This document shows, one piece after another, positions 19,029 through 27,016 of a stretch of DNA of 64,000 nucleotides. A model generated the notes under the pieces. That model saw only the letters and a program-made list of their open reading frames with translations, was not told the origin of the DNA and ran no database searches. Source of the stretch: Dehalococcoidia bacterium. GTDB lineage: Bacteria; Chloroflexota; Dehalococcoidia; Lucifugimonadales; CAJWER01. Where the stretch lies: NCBI GenBank assembly GCA_034420735.1, contig DAOULA010000001.1, positions 36,743 through 100,742 on the forward strand. The letters are read 5' to 3'. Positions within the stretch are counted from its first letter, which is position 1. The number at the start of each line of letters is the position of its first letter. The translations under genes and the position numbers were made by a program.

Positions 19029-19424
19029 TTAGAAGAACAGACCTGCGCCGAGGCCCAGGAACAAGAACGTCCCATAGCCTACGACGGCGAATAGCCCAAC
19101 CCCGAACGAGACCCACATCCAGGTCCTTGCGTTGTTCGAGGCCTGCATCGCGCCTGGAACGTCGCCCGCATCCAGCTTTGAATTGACCTGAGCGGCGTAG
19201 ACGATCGACACGATGCCGAAAGGCAGGCAGCAGAAGACGGTGACGAGTATGGCTGGCACGAGGTAGTTCGGGACGTGTGCCGGGGGTGCCGGCGCCTGAG
19301 CGTCGCCGGGTGATTCCGGCTCGAATCTCTCAGCGCTCGGCGTCGACCCGGACATGGCCCTGCCGCAGTCCTTGCAGAACCTGGCGTCGTCGTCGTTTTG
19401 CGACCCGCAACGTGTGCAGTACAT
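19029..19424 (-). CDS. Zinc-ribbon + CD225/dispanin (IFITM-like) membrane protein
   Basis: 131 aa. N-terminal MYCTRCGSQNDDDARFCKDCG zinc ribbon. CD225 core VPNYLVPAILVTVFCCLPFGIVSIVYAAQV followed by a second TM. Confidence 0.75.
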   Translation of the reverse strand: MYCTRCGSQNDDDARFCKDCGRAMSGSTPSAERFEPESPGDAQAPAPPAHVPNYLVPAILVTVFCCLPFGIVSIVYAAQVNSKLDAGDVPGAMQASNNARTWMWVSFGVGLFAVVGYGTFLFLGLGAGLFF

Positions 19425-19485
19425 GGCCTATTACCCCTGCGCAAACGACAATGCACCCATATCATATCATCCATGATCGGTTTGC

Positions 19486-19515
19486 TTGACCGCCCGTCGG
19501 GTGCGCCCTTATTAT
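19486..19515 (+). promoter_or_regulatory. Putative sigma-70 promoter of vapBC
   Basis: TTGACC (19486-19491), a 17-18 nt spacer, then TTATTA/TATTAT (19509-19515). GGAGG RBS at 19546-19550 lies ahead of the GTG at 19558. Confidence 0.35.
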
Positions 19516-19557
19516 GGGTCTCACTTACTATGTGGGGCGGCAACCGGAGGCCGAGAG

Positions 19558-19806
19558 GTGAACATCACGCTGAGCATCGACGAGGACGTCGTCAAGAAGG
19601 TGCGCAAGATCGCCATCGACAAGGACACGACCCTGACGGCGATGGTGAGGGACTACCTGACGTCGGTGGCCGAGAGCGACGCCGCCGCCAGGCGGGAGGC
19701 TGTCGCCAAGCTGAGAGAGTCTATCGACCGCTACAGCCGCGACATGGGTCCGCGCACCTGGACCAGGGACGACCTGTATGACCGGCCCAAGCGCTTCTAC
19801 CAGTAG
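19558..19806 (+). CDS. vapB: Type II antitoxin (VapB-like)
   Basis: GTG start with GGAGG RBS. VNITLSIDEDVVKKVRKIAIDKDTTLTAMVRDYL is a ribbon-helix-helix-like N-terminus. It lies directly upstream of, and overlaps, a PIN gene. Confidence 0.65.
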   Translation: MNITLSIDEDVVKKVRKIAIDKDTTLTAMVRDYLTSVAESDAAARREAVAKLRESIDRYSRDMGPRTWTRDDLYDRPKRFYQ

Positions 19807-20215
19807 AGACTTCTTCGACAGCAACATCCTGGTCTATATGTATGACCGGCAGAACCCTGCGAAGCATGGACTGGCATTCGACATTGTGAGACGGGCCATG
19901 AAGACGGGGACGGGTGTACTTTCGGCCCAGGTGTTGGGTGAGTTCTACAATACGGTAACCAGGCGCATCCCAGAACCGCTCTCCGATGACGTTGTGGAAC
20001 ACGCTATCGGGCTGCTTTCCGCGATGCCGGTCGTGGAATTGGACCTGAGCCTGGTCCAGCGGGCAATCGGCACGTGCCGGCGATACCAGATTTCATACTG
20101 GGACGCGCTAATCGTGGCCGCGGCCGAACGGGCCGGATGCAGCCGGATACTTTCCGAGGACCTGAACCCGGGCCAGCTCTACAACGGCATTCCCGTCGTC
20201 AACCCCTTCGAGTGA
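19778..20215 (+). CDS. vapC: PIN-domain toxin VapC
   Basis: 145 aa: FFDSNILVYMYD (acidic residue 1), YWDALIVAAAERAGCSRILSEDLNPG (conserved D / SED motif). Confidence 0.85.
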   Translation: MTGPSASTSRDFFDSNILVYMYDRQNPAKHGLAFDIVRRAMKTGTGVLSAQVLGEFYNTVTRRIPEPLSDDVVEHAIGLLSAMPVVELDLSLVQRAIGTCRRYQISYWDALIVAAAERAGCSRILSEDLNPGQLYNGIPVVNPFE

Positions 20216-20251
20216 GCATGTCGCCAATCCCAGGGCGGGAACGATGGTTAC

Positions 20252-21076
20252 TCATCTCACTCCTTCGGGCACGCCGTAGGGGACGTCGTTGCGGTTGCCG
20301 GGGATGGGCCAGCCCTGGCCTCCCAGGAGCTCGAACTTGTCGTGCTCTCCCCTTAGCCAGAAGTACATCTCCGCAGCGTCGTAGCAGTCCTGGAACTGCT
20401 TCCTGAACGTGGGGCCCTTGAACGTATAGTCGGCCGTTGCGGGGTCGAAGTCGGGGTCGATCACCCAGTCGCGCGTGGGGGGCGAGGTGCGCCAGTAGTT
20501 GTACTTGACGTTGTTGCGCAGGCCGGAACCCCACGACTCCGAGCGCCTGTGCCAGATGGAGTAGTCGGTGAGGAAGATCGAGCCCGCCGACGAGACGGCG
20601 TGAAAGGAGCCGCGGATCCTGCCCAGGTGCTTGGTCATGTCCCTCTCCGAGTAGAGGAAGTGCGACCCTGGGAGCAGCTCCGTCGGGCCGAGCTCACGCG
20701 GGCAGTCCTGGGGGTAGTAGAAGACCTGGATGTAGTTGAGCTGGGGTCCGAAGATGTCGCCGCCGTCGTAGTGCCACTCCTGGGCCGGCTGGGGACACTG
20801 GATGCGGTGATTGGAAACGAGGTTGGGGAGGCCGAAGTCCTTGCCCAGGAGTGAGCGTAGCGCGCCGGCGACCGCGGGATGTTTGATCACGCCGTCCATG
20901 AACCAGTCCTCGTCCAGGATGTCGGTAGGCTCCATGCCGTCGTTCTCGTCCAGGTACTCGTTGGTACGCCGGTTGATCTCGTCGGATACGACGCCCTCGA
21001 ACATCATGAAGCCGTTCTTGCAGAACTCGAGGACCTCCGTGTCGTTCAGCGTGGGCTCGCAGTCGTACTGCCTCAT
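20252..21076 (-). CDS. Phytanoyl-CoA dioxygenase (PhyH) family Fe(II)/2OG oxygenase
   Basis: 274 aa: FCKNGFMMFEGVVSDEI, WHYDGG (H-x-D), SIWHRRSE. Confidence 0.85.
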   Translation of the reverse strand: MRQYDCEPTLNDTEVLEFCKNGFMMFEGVVSDEINRRTNEYLDENDGMEPTDILDEDWFMDGVIKHPAVAGALRSLLGKDFGLPNLVSNHRIQCPQPAQEWHYDGGDIFGPQLNYIQVFYYPQDCPRELGPTELLPGSHFLYSERDMTKHLGRIRGSFHAVSSAGSIFLTDYSIWHRRSESWGSGLRNNVKYNYWRTSPPTRDWVIDPDFDPATADYTFKGPTFRKQFQDCYDAAEMYFWLRGEHDKFELLGGQGWPIPGNRNDVPYGVPEGVR

Positions 21077-21438
21077 AGCCTGCCCTCCCTCTCCAGGATG
21101 AATTCGAAGCCCAGCCCGTAGGTGCGCGAGTCGTCGAGCATCAGGGCAAGCTCCGGGAACTTGATGACCCGCCAGCCGTCACGCACGGCCTCCAGGACTG
21201 TCTGATACGGCCAGTCATCCGGGTCATGCGGACCGTCGGAGATCTCTCCGTTTTCGATTATCCTCATGCCGACCACCTCGGACGTCGGCGAGGTGGTAGT
21301 CGCCTGAAGGTAGAGTATGTCCTGGACCGTCGATTCGCCGTCCATCTCCGCGATCCGTCGCAGGCTAGACGCGGTCAGGGTCCCGGCCCCCAGCTCTTGG
21401 ACGCACCGCTCGACCTGCTCCCCAATCTTCGATCCCAT
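21073..21438 (-). CDS. Hypothetical protein, translationally coupled to the PhyH gene
   Basis: Start at ATG 21438 with GGGAGA RBS. The stop overlaps the PhyH start (ATGA at 21073-21076). No family recognised. Confidence 0.5.
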   Translation of the reverse strand: MGSKIGEQVERCVQELGAGTLTASSLRRIAEMDGESTVQDILYLQATTTSPTSEVVGMRIIENGEISDGPHDPDDWPYQTVLEAVRDGWRVIKFPELALMLDDSRTYGLGFEFILEREGRL

Positions 21439-21673
21439 GTTTGTCTCCCAGGTGTGGATGTGCAGCCGCGGCCCTGCTGCCGGTGACCAGACCACGGCCC
21501 GCCGCTCCTCGGTGAGCTCAGTCGTGCTCTCGGCCAGCCAACTACGCGAAGCAGGGCGACGGCGAGTCGTTCGCCCAGAGAGTAGACACGCGTATTATAC
21601 GCGCATCACCTCTGCTGGGGATGTCGCAAATGGTCCAGTACCTGGCTCGACGCAGAGCCCTCCCAGGCCAGGT

Positions 21674-21752
21674 TCGTAGATTCCTCACTGCGTTCGGAAT
21701 GACATTTGTGGCGTTTGGAATGACATTTGTGGCGTTTGGAATGACATTTGTG
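21674..21752. repeat. 30-nt dispersed repeat copy followed by a 21-bp tandem repeat (about 2.7 copies)
   Basis: TCGTAGATTCCTCACTGCGTTCGGAATGAC (21674-21703) is the exact reverse complement of 4411-4440. GGAATGACATTTGTGGCGTTT repeats at 21696, 21717 and 21738 (last copy partial). Confidence 0.85.
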
Positions 21753-21815
21753 TAATGACAGGCGGGCTTCGCTGCGTTCGGAAAGCCAGACGCAGATACT
21801 GTTCGGGGGTCTCCC

Positions 21816-22364
21816 CTAGTCGCGTTGGCCCGTGGGGCGCTTGGGCCTGGACATGCTCGGCTTGGCGCTGGATGTTCCCGCGGGGAGCGGGGGCAGCTTG
21901 ATCCCGATCTCACGCTCGACCTTGATGTCGCGGCCGCGCGCGATGTCCAGCGAGACGGACAGCATCCATGCAAAGCTCCAGGCCGCTGCGGCGTTGCGGT
22001 CGTCCTCGACGGCCTGGTCCCAGCGCTTCGGCGGCGTCGGGTCTATCCTCAAGTCGACGCGGTGAGTTTCCGTGACACCTGCCCTAAGAGGGGCGTCCCT
22101 GAGTGTCGTAACGGTGCTGTGCACGTATGATTCGGTGCGCTGGTCGACGTCCATGCCTCCCGCGACGTAGACACCCCTGCCGCTGTAGCCAACGCGCGGG
22201 GCGGTCCCTCCTTCCCATGCCGAATGGTGGGTGTAGGTCTGGTTGCACAGGAGGTCGACGCGCGCATTTCGAATCCGGACGTCCCGTTCCGGAGCCAGGA
22301 TGATGCGAACGTCGACGCGGCCGCCGAGCTCGTATTCCCTGTCAGGGAAGTCGATATCCAGCAT
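21816..22364 (-). CDS. Hypothetical protein, possibly an arrestin/Spo0M-like beta-sandwich
   Basis: Tracked as part of the 471-aa ORF 21816..23231, whose upstream part is off-frame over the PhyH gene. Real start is ATG 22364 with AGGAGA RBS (MLDIDFPDREYELGGRVDVRIILAPERDVRIRNARVDLLC...). Confidence 0.5.
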   Translation of the reverse strand: MLDIDFPDREYELGGRVDVRIILAPERDVRIRNARVDLLCNQTYTHHSAWEGGTAPRVGYSGRGVYVAGGMDVDQRTESYVHSTVTTLRDAPLRAGVTETHRVDLRIDPTPPKRWDQAVEDDRNAAAAWSFAWMLSVSLDIARGRDIKVEREIGIKLPPLPAGTSSAKPSMSRPKRPTGQRD

Positions 22365-22375
22365 CGGGCGGTCTC

Positions 22376-23185
22376 CTATCTCGTGGGAACCTGAGGCCGG
22401 TCCGGGCGGTAAGGAGGCTGCAGCACGGCCCTCTGGTCCTCGGTGAACTCGTCCAGGACCTCTTCCACGCCCTCCGGCAGGTATTGGGGGGCGTAGGAGA
22501 TCGAGCCAGGCGAGTACTTGTAGAGCACGGTGCGCCGCTCGTGGTCCGCCTGCCAGGGCAAGGTCCCGTGGCACAGGGCCTCGGTGAAGATGATGGCCGA
22601 GCCCGCCTTCGCCTCTACCTGGCGCACGACACCGATGTCGGTCTCGAGGCGCTTCACGTCCATGGGCGGCTCGTAGTTGGACTTGTGACTGCCGGGGATG
22701 CAGGCAAACCCGCCGTCGCCCGGCCCATGATCGCTCAGCACCCACGTCACGACGGTCAGGCCGCAGCGCATCACGCCGTTGTGGTACTGGTAGGTGTGGG
22801 TGAGATCGCCCGTGTCCCCGCCGCCGTGCAGCACGAACCCCTCGGCACCCCTGGTCATCATGATTCCGTACAGGTGGTCGAGCCTGAACCCCGGTCCGAG
22901 GAGCTCGTTCATGTACGGCACGATGACAGGGTGGGTGAGGAGGTCCCGGAAGGGCTGGGACCAGGGCTTTGGCCAGGTGAGCATCCCGCCGACGTCTCCC
23001 CTGCCCTGCGCCCCTTTGAGGGCTGTCGCGCCCCTGGCCAGGGACTCCTCGGGCGGGCGAATCCTGATGCGCTCCCGCTGGTGTTCGATGGCCTCGTTGC
23101 AGGCCGCGACCTCGTCCGGAGTCAGGGCGTCTTCGATCACGAGGTAGCCGTTCAGGTCGAAGAAGAAGCGTTCGTAGTCGTTCAA
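22376..23185 (-). CDS. Phytanoyl-CoA dioxygenase (PhyH) family Fe(II)/2OG oxygenase
   Basis: 269 aa: FDLNGYLVIEDALTPDEV, VLHGGGD, FTEALCHGTLPW. Confidence 0.85.
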   Translation of the reverse strand: MNDYERFFFDLNGYLVIEDALTPDEVAACNEAIEHQRERIRIRPPEESLARGATALKGAQGRGDVGGMLTWPKPWSQPFRDLLTHPVIVPYMNELLGPGFRLDHLYGIMMTRGAEGFVLHGGGDTGDLTHTYQYHNGVMRCGLTVVTWVLSDHGPGDGGFACIPGSHKSNYEPPMDVKRLETDIGVVRQVEAKAGSAIIFTEALCHGTLPWQADHERRTVLYKYSPGSISYAPQYLPEGVEEVLDEFTEDQRAVLQPPYRPDRPQVPTR

Positions 23186-23363
23186 TCCGGGCCTCCGTAA
23201 TGTGCGGTGATGGACGCGGGAATCCTAGCACCTACCAGGGCCAAAGGCCACAGGCGACTATCCTCGATGGGGTGAGTCACATACTCTTGCCCTGTATGGG
23301 CACTTAGCCTTCTCTCACGGTCGAGGGATGGGTTCCCGCCTCAACTCCCGCGTTGGGACGCGG

Positions 23364-24743
23364 TCAGATCGACGGTGGGCGCCAGCCTCCCGAAGCCGAT
23401 TCGATGGTGCCGGCTGCGGCGAGCGCTACATCCTCGCGCCAGGGCAGAGAGGCGATCTGCAGGCCGATTGGCAACCCCTCGGGCGACGTGCCGCCTCGCA
23501 CGACCGCGGTGGGCCATCCGGTGAGGTTGTGAGGTCGGGTATATGACCCGTATTCAAGCCGGTTCGTGCGTATGACGTCGTGGGGCTGCGCCGGCACCGG
23601 CATGATGGGCGACAGCAGTATGTCGTAGTCCTCCATGAAGGCGAGGATGTCGCTTCTGAACGCGTCCACCTGCTCCATGAGCTCTTCCAGCTCCGCCGCC
23701 GTCGACGACTGCGAGGACTCCAGCACGCTGAGGGTCCAGGGATGGGGTTCGGTGGTGCCCGCGGCGTCGAGGAGACGCTGCGTGGAGCCGTCGTAGTGCG
23801 GCAGACTCTTCCATGACAACTCGTACTCCGTGAGGGCGCCCGGCCTGTTCTCGACCACGGTCGACCCGGCATCCGAGAGCGCCGAGGCTGCGGCCCTTAC
23901 AGCATCGATCGTCTCGGGCGTGGGCGTCATGACGCCGTTGTCGGTGTAGAAGGCCACCCGCAGCCGTGACGCATCCACACTATCTGGGTCGCCCAGCGGC
24001 ATCGGCACGATGGCGGGGTCCCTCCAGTCCGGTCCGGCGATGATGGGGAGCACGAGCGCCAGGTCCTCGACGTACCGGGCAATGGGGCCGACCTGCGTGA
24101 GGGAGTCCCGAATGCCCATGCCGTAGGGGATGATGTGGCCGGTCCTGGGCACGCGCCCGGAGGTGGGCTTGATCCCTGCTACACCACAGCAGTGCCCGGG
24201 GAACCGGATGCTCCCTCCCGTGTCCGTACCGATGTCGAAGGCCGACCCGCCTGATGCGACTATGGCCGCGCCGCCCCCGCTGCTTCCGCCGCAGGTCCTT
24301 TCGGTGTCGTATGGGTTGTTTGTGCGGCCGTAGACGAGGTTCTCCGTCTCCATTCCCATCGTCAACTCTGGCGTGTTGGTCTTGCCGAGCAGGACGACCC
24401 CGGCCGCGCGCAGTCTCGCGGTCACGGTCGAGTCCCTGTCCGGTACAAAGTCAGCCCGGCCAAGTGTGCCGCCGGTGGTGACGACGCCGGCGGTATCGTG
24501 GGAGTCCTTGAGTGTGATGGGCACGCCGTGGAGCGGCCCGACCTCGTTGCCCTTGGCCAGGGCGTCATCGGCCACGCGCGCCTGGTCCATCGCCGTGTCG
24601 TCCAGCATGACGACGGCATTCAGGGCCGGGTTGACCTGCTCGATCCGGTCCAGATAGGCCTGCGTCAGCTCAGCAGATGAGATTCGCTTCTCTTGAATGG
24701 ACGCAGCCAGGGACGCGGCGGAGTCAAAGATGATCTCAGTCAA
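23364..24743 (-). CDS. Amidase (amidase-signature family)
   Basis: 459 aa: GGSSGGGAAIVASG... and GTDTGGSIRFP, the signature of the Ser-cisSer-Lys catalytic triad family. Confidence 0.9.
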   Translation of the reverse strand: MTEIIFDSAASLAASIQEKRISSAELTQAYLDRIEQVNPALNAVVMLDDTAMDQARVADDALAKGNEVGPLHGVPITLKDSHDTAGVVTTGGTLGRADFVPDRDSTVTARLRAAGVVLLGKTNTPELTMGMETENLVYGRTNNPYDTERTCGGSSGGGAAIVASGGSAFDIGTDTGGSIRFPGHCCGVAGIKPTSGRVPRTGHIIPYGMGIRDSLTQVGPIARYVEDLALVLPIIAGPDWRDPAIVPMPLGDPDSVDASRLRVAFYTDNGVMTPTPETIDAVRAAASALSDAGSTVVENRPGALTEYELSWKSLPHYDGSTQRLLDAAGTTEPHPWTLSVLESSQSSTAAELEELMEQVDAFRSDILAFMEDYDILLSPIMPVPAQPHDVIRTNRLEYGSYTRPHNLTGWPTAVVRGGTSPEGLPIGLQIASLPWREDVALAAAGTIESASGGWRPPSI

Positions 24744-24858
24744 TATCCTCTCCCGGGTGTTGGATGGTTGTTATCGCGACGATGGCCGTACGCGCGAAGA
24801 CGGGCGGCCCAGCTGGGGTTCGAGCAAGTCAATCGAAGTGCGCGGAGGCTCCGCCCTG

Positions 24859-25875
24859 CTACTGGCCCAGTATCTTGATGCGCGGGTCGACCAACGCCAG
24901 CATTATGTCGGAGAGGAGCGTCCCAACTACGGTGAGCACGCCCATCATGAAGATGATAACGCCCGAGGTGTACACGTCCTCGATCTGCAGGGCGAAGAGC
25001 AGTATTGGTCCAAGGGTCGGCAGGCTGAGCACGACCGACACGATGATGCTACCGCTCACCAGTGACGGAAGCAGATAGCCTATCGTGCTGATAAGTGGGT
25101 TGACGGCGACCCTGACGGGGTACTTGAGCACCATTCGCCACGGGCGGAGGCCCTTGGCTCGGGCCGTGACGACGTAGGGCTTGTTGAGCTCATCAAGCAG
25201 GTTGTTGCGCATTATGCGGATGAGGCTCGCCGTCCCGGACGTGCCCAACACTATGGCGGGGATCCAGAGGTGGTTGATGAGGTCCAGGACTTTCTCCAGG
25301 TCCCAGGCCCTCTCGACCTGGTCAGGCGAGATCAGGCCTCCGACGCTCGCGCCGAAATAGGCAAAGGCGATGTACATGAGCACGAGGCCAAGCAGGAAGT
25401 CGGGAATGGCGAGGCCGCTGAAACCGATGAAGGTAAAGAAGTAGTCGCCCAGTGAATGCTGACGCACAGCGGAGTAGATGCCGACTGGGATAGCGAAGGT
25501 CCAGGTGACAAGAATCGTGAACCCCGTCAGCGCAATTGTCATGTAGATTCGATCGCCCACGACCTCCTTGACGGGCTCGGCCGTGATGTTCTCGCCAGCC
25601 CGGAAGGACACCCCAAGGTCTCCCTTAAACAGGTTGAACAGCCACTTGAAGTACCGGATGACCATCGGCTGGTCGACCCCGAAGTAGTGGTTCATGTGCT
25701 CTTTCTGCTCATCGGAGAGCAGGCACGTGTCGCCGAGGTTGCCGCACGCGGTCTGGTCCATGTAGCGCTGGACGATGTCGCCCGGAGGAAGCTGGATGAT
25801 GAAGAAGGCGAGCGCTGAGATGGCGATCACGGTCAGTGCGCCGATTGCGAGCCGCCTAGTTATGTAGAGGATCAT
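24859..25875 (-). CDS. ABC transporter permease, DppB/OppB type (paralogue 3)
   Basis: Start at ATG 25875 with GGGAGG RBS (MILYITRRLAIGALTVIAISALAFFII). Collinear with 8281..9300 and 10195..11220 (FTFIGFSGLAIPDFLLGLVLMYIAFAYF, LIRIMRNNLLDELNKPYVVTARAKGL). Confidence 0.9.
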   Translation of the reverse strand: MILYITRRLAIGALTVIAISALAFFIIQLPPGDIVQRYMDQTACGNLGDTCLLSDEQKEHMNHYFGVDQPMVIRYFKWLFNLFKGDLGVSFRAGENITAEPVKEVVGDRIYMTIALTGFTILVTWTFAIPVGIYSAVRQHSLGDYFFTFIGFSGLAIPDFLLGLVLMYIAFAYFGASVGGLISPDQVERAWDLEKVLDLINHLWIPAIVLGTSGTASLIRIMRNNLLDELNKPYVVTARAKGLRPWRMVLKYPVRVAVNPLISTIGYLLPSLVSGSIIVSVVLSLPTLGPILLFALQIEDVYTSGVIIFMMGVLTVVGTLLSDIMLALVDPRIKILGQ

Positions 25876-25906
25876 GCCAGGGCCTCCCGGGGATCGTAGG
25901 AGGGCG

Positions 25907-26863
25907 CTACGCCTCACCCACTCTGGCGAACTTCTGGAAGCTGCGCACGCCGTCCCGCGGCGCGCCGATGTTGTTCAGGTTGGTCCACGCCACCTCGCCC
26001 AGGTAGAGGTCGCCGCGGGAGTCGAGGCAGATGCCGTGGGGCGCCATTAGCTGGCCGGGCCCCTCGCCGAAGCCGGCGCCCATGCGCGCCAGCAGTTTGC
26101 CGCTCGTGTCATAGACGCTTATGCGAGGGCCTATGTTGGGCAGGTCGATGTTCACCCTCATGCCCGCGCCTAGCTCGCCAACATACACGTGCTGGTCTGG
26201 GGTAATGTAGATAGCGCACGGGCGGTGCATGTTCACCCACTGGGTCTCGTAGCGCCCGTTGGAGCCGAATATCTGGACCCGGTGGTTCTCCCTGTCGGCC
26301 ACGTAGACCCAGCCGTCCTTATCAGTAGCGATGTTGTGGACGATGTTGAACTCGCCCGGGTCGGTGCCCGCGGTGCCCCACGAGAAGAGGAGCCGTCCGT
26401 CCGGCGTATACTTGTGGACGCGGGAGTTGCCGTAGCCGTCCGATATGTAGAGCTCGCCCGTGTTGGGGTCGATGGCGACATCCGTCGGCCGGTGGAAAGG
26501 GTCGCCGCTCTGGTACGGCGATGGCATTCCAGGGGTGCCTATTGTCATCAACACCTTACCGTCGAGGGTGCACTGCCTGACGGTGTGGTCGTCGTCGTCG
26601 GTGCAGTATAGGGTCTCGTCCGGGCCCAGAGTCACGCCGTGGGCCCGTGGAAACAGGCCTTCACCCCAGGAAGACAGCACGTTGCCGTCGGGATCGAAGA
26701 CGATCATGGGGTGCGGTCCCCTGTTGAATACGTAGACCCTGTCCTTGGAGTCCACGGCGACCGCGGCAGCATCGGTCCAGGAGTAACCCGGAGGCAGGCG
26801 TTCCCAACCTTCCACGGGGGTGTACGTAAACGGCCCGCCCCCAAGCTGAACTGCTGTTGCCAT
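25907..26863 (-). CDS. NHL-repeat six-bladed propeller, peptidyl-alpha-hydroxyglycine alpha-amidating lyase-like
   Basis: 318 aa: repeated DRVYVFNRG / LYCTDDDDH / LYISDGYGNSRVHKY / VYVADRENHRVQIF blades. Confidence 0.8.
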   Translation of the reverse strand: MATAVQLGGGPFTYTPVEGWERLPPGYSWTDAAAVAVDSKDRVYVFNRGPHPMIVFDPDGNVLSSWGEGLFPRAHGVTLGPDETLYCTDDDDHTVRQCTLDGKVLMTIGTPGMPSPYQSGDPFHRPTDVAIDPNTGELYISDGYGNSRVHKYTPDGRLLFSWGTAGTDPGEFNIVHNIATDKDGWVYVADRENHRVQIFGSNGRYETQWVNMHRPCAIYITPDQHVYVGELGAGMRVNIDLPNIGPRISVYDTSGKLLARMGAGFGEGPGQLMAPHGICLDSRGDLYLGEVAWTNLNNIGAPRDGVRSFQKFARVGEA

Positions 26864-26954
26864 TCGATGAGGCCTCCGGGACAGTCTCCGTGCACCGCCC
26901 GAATACTATCTAACGCCCATGGCAGTGTCAACGAGCGTGGGATATAAGGATGAC

Positions 26955-26993
26955 AAAAAGAGCAGGGGCCGGGGTTAACCCCCGGCCCCTGCT
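26955..26993 (-). terminator. Intrinsic terminator of the collagen-like gene
   Basis: Perfect 15-bp stem GAGCAGGGGCCGGGG / CCCCGGCCCCTGCTC (26960-26974 / 26979-26993) with a TTAA loop. On the minus strand it is followed by TTTTT (26955-26959). Confidence 0.75.
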
Positions 26994-27016
26994 CTTCGTC
27001 GTTGCTAGTTGGACCC

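Noticed and set aside
21696-21752. Possible CRISPR array
   Set aside because: The 21-bp units are directly adjacent with no spacers, there are only about 2.7 copies, and no cas genes are present. It is a simple tandem repeat.
21542-21973. 143-aa ORF containing VIPNATNVIPNATNVIPNAV
   Set aside because: The peptide repeat is just the translation of the 21-bp tandem DNA repeat in an intergenic spacer. The rest of the ORF is Arg/Pro/Ser-rich and overlaps the 3' end of a better gene.
24744-24858. tRNA-like GGGGTTCGAGC segment in the amidase-permease spacer
   Set aside because: No complementary T-stem partner, acceptor stem or anticodon arm could be drawn around it.
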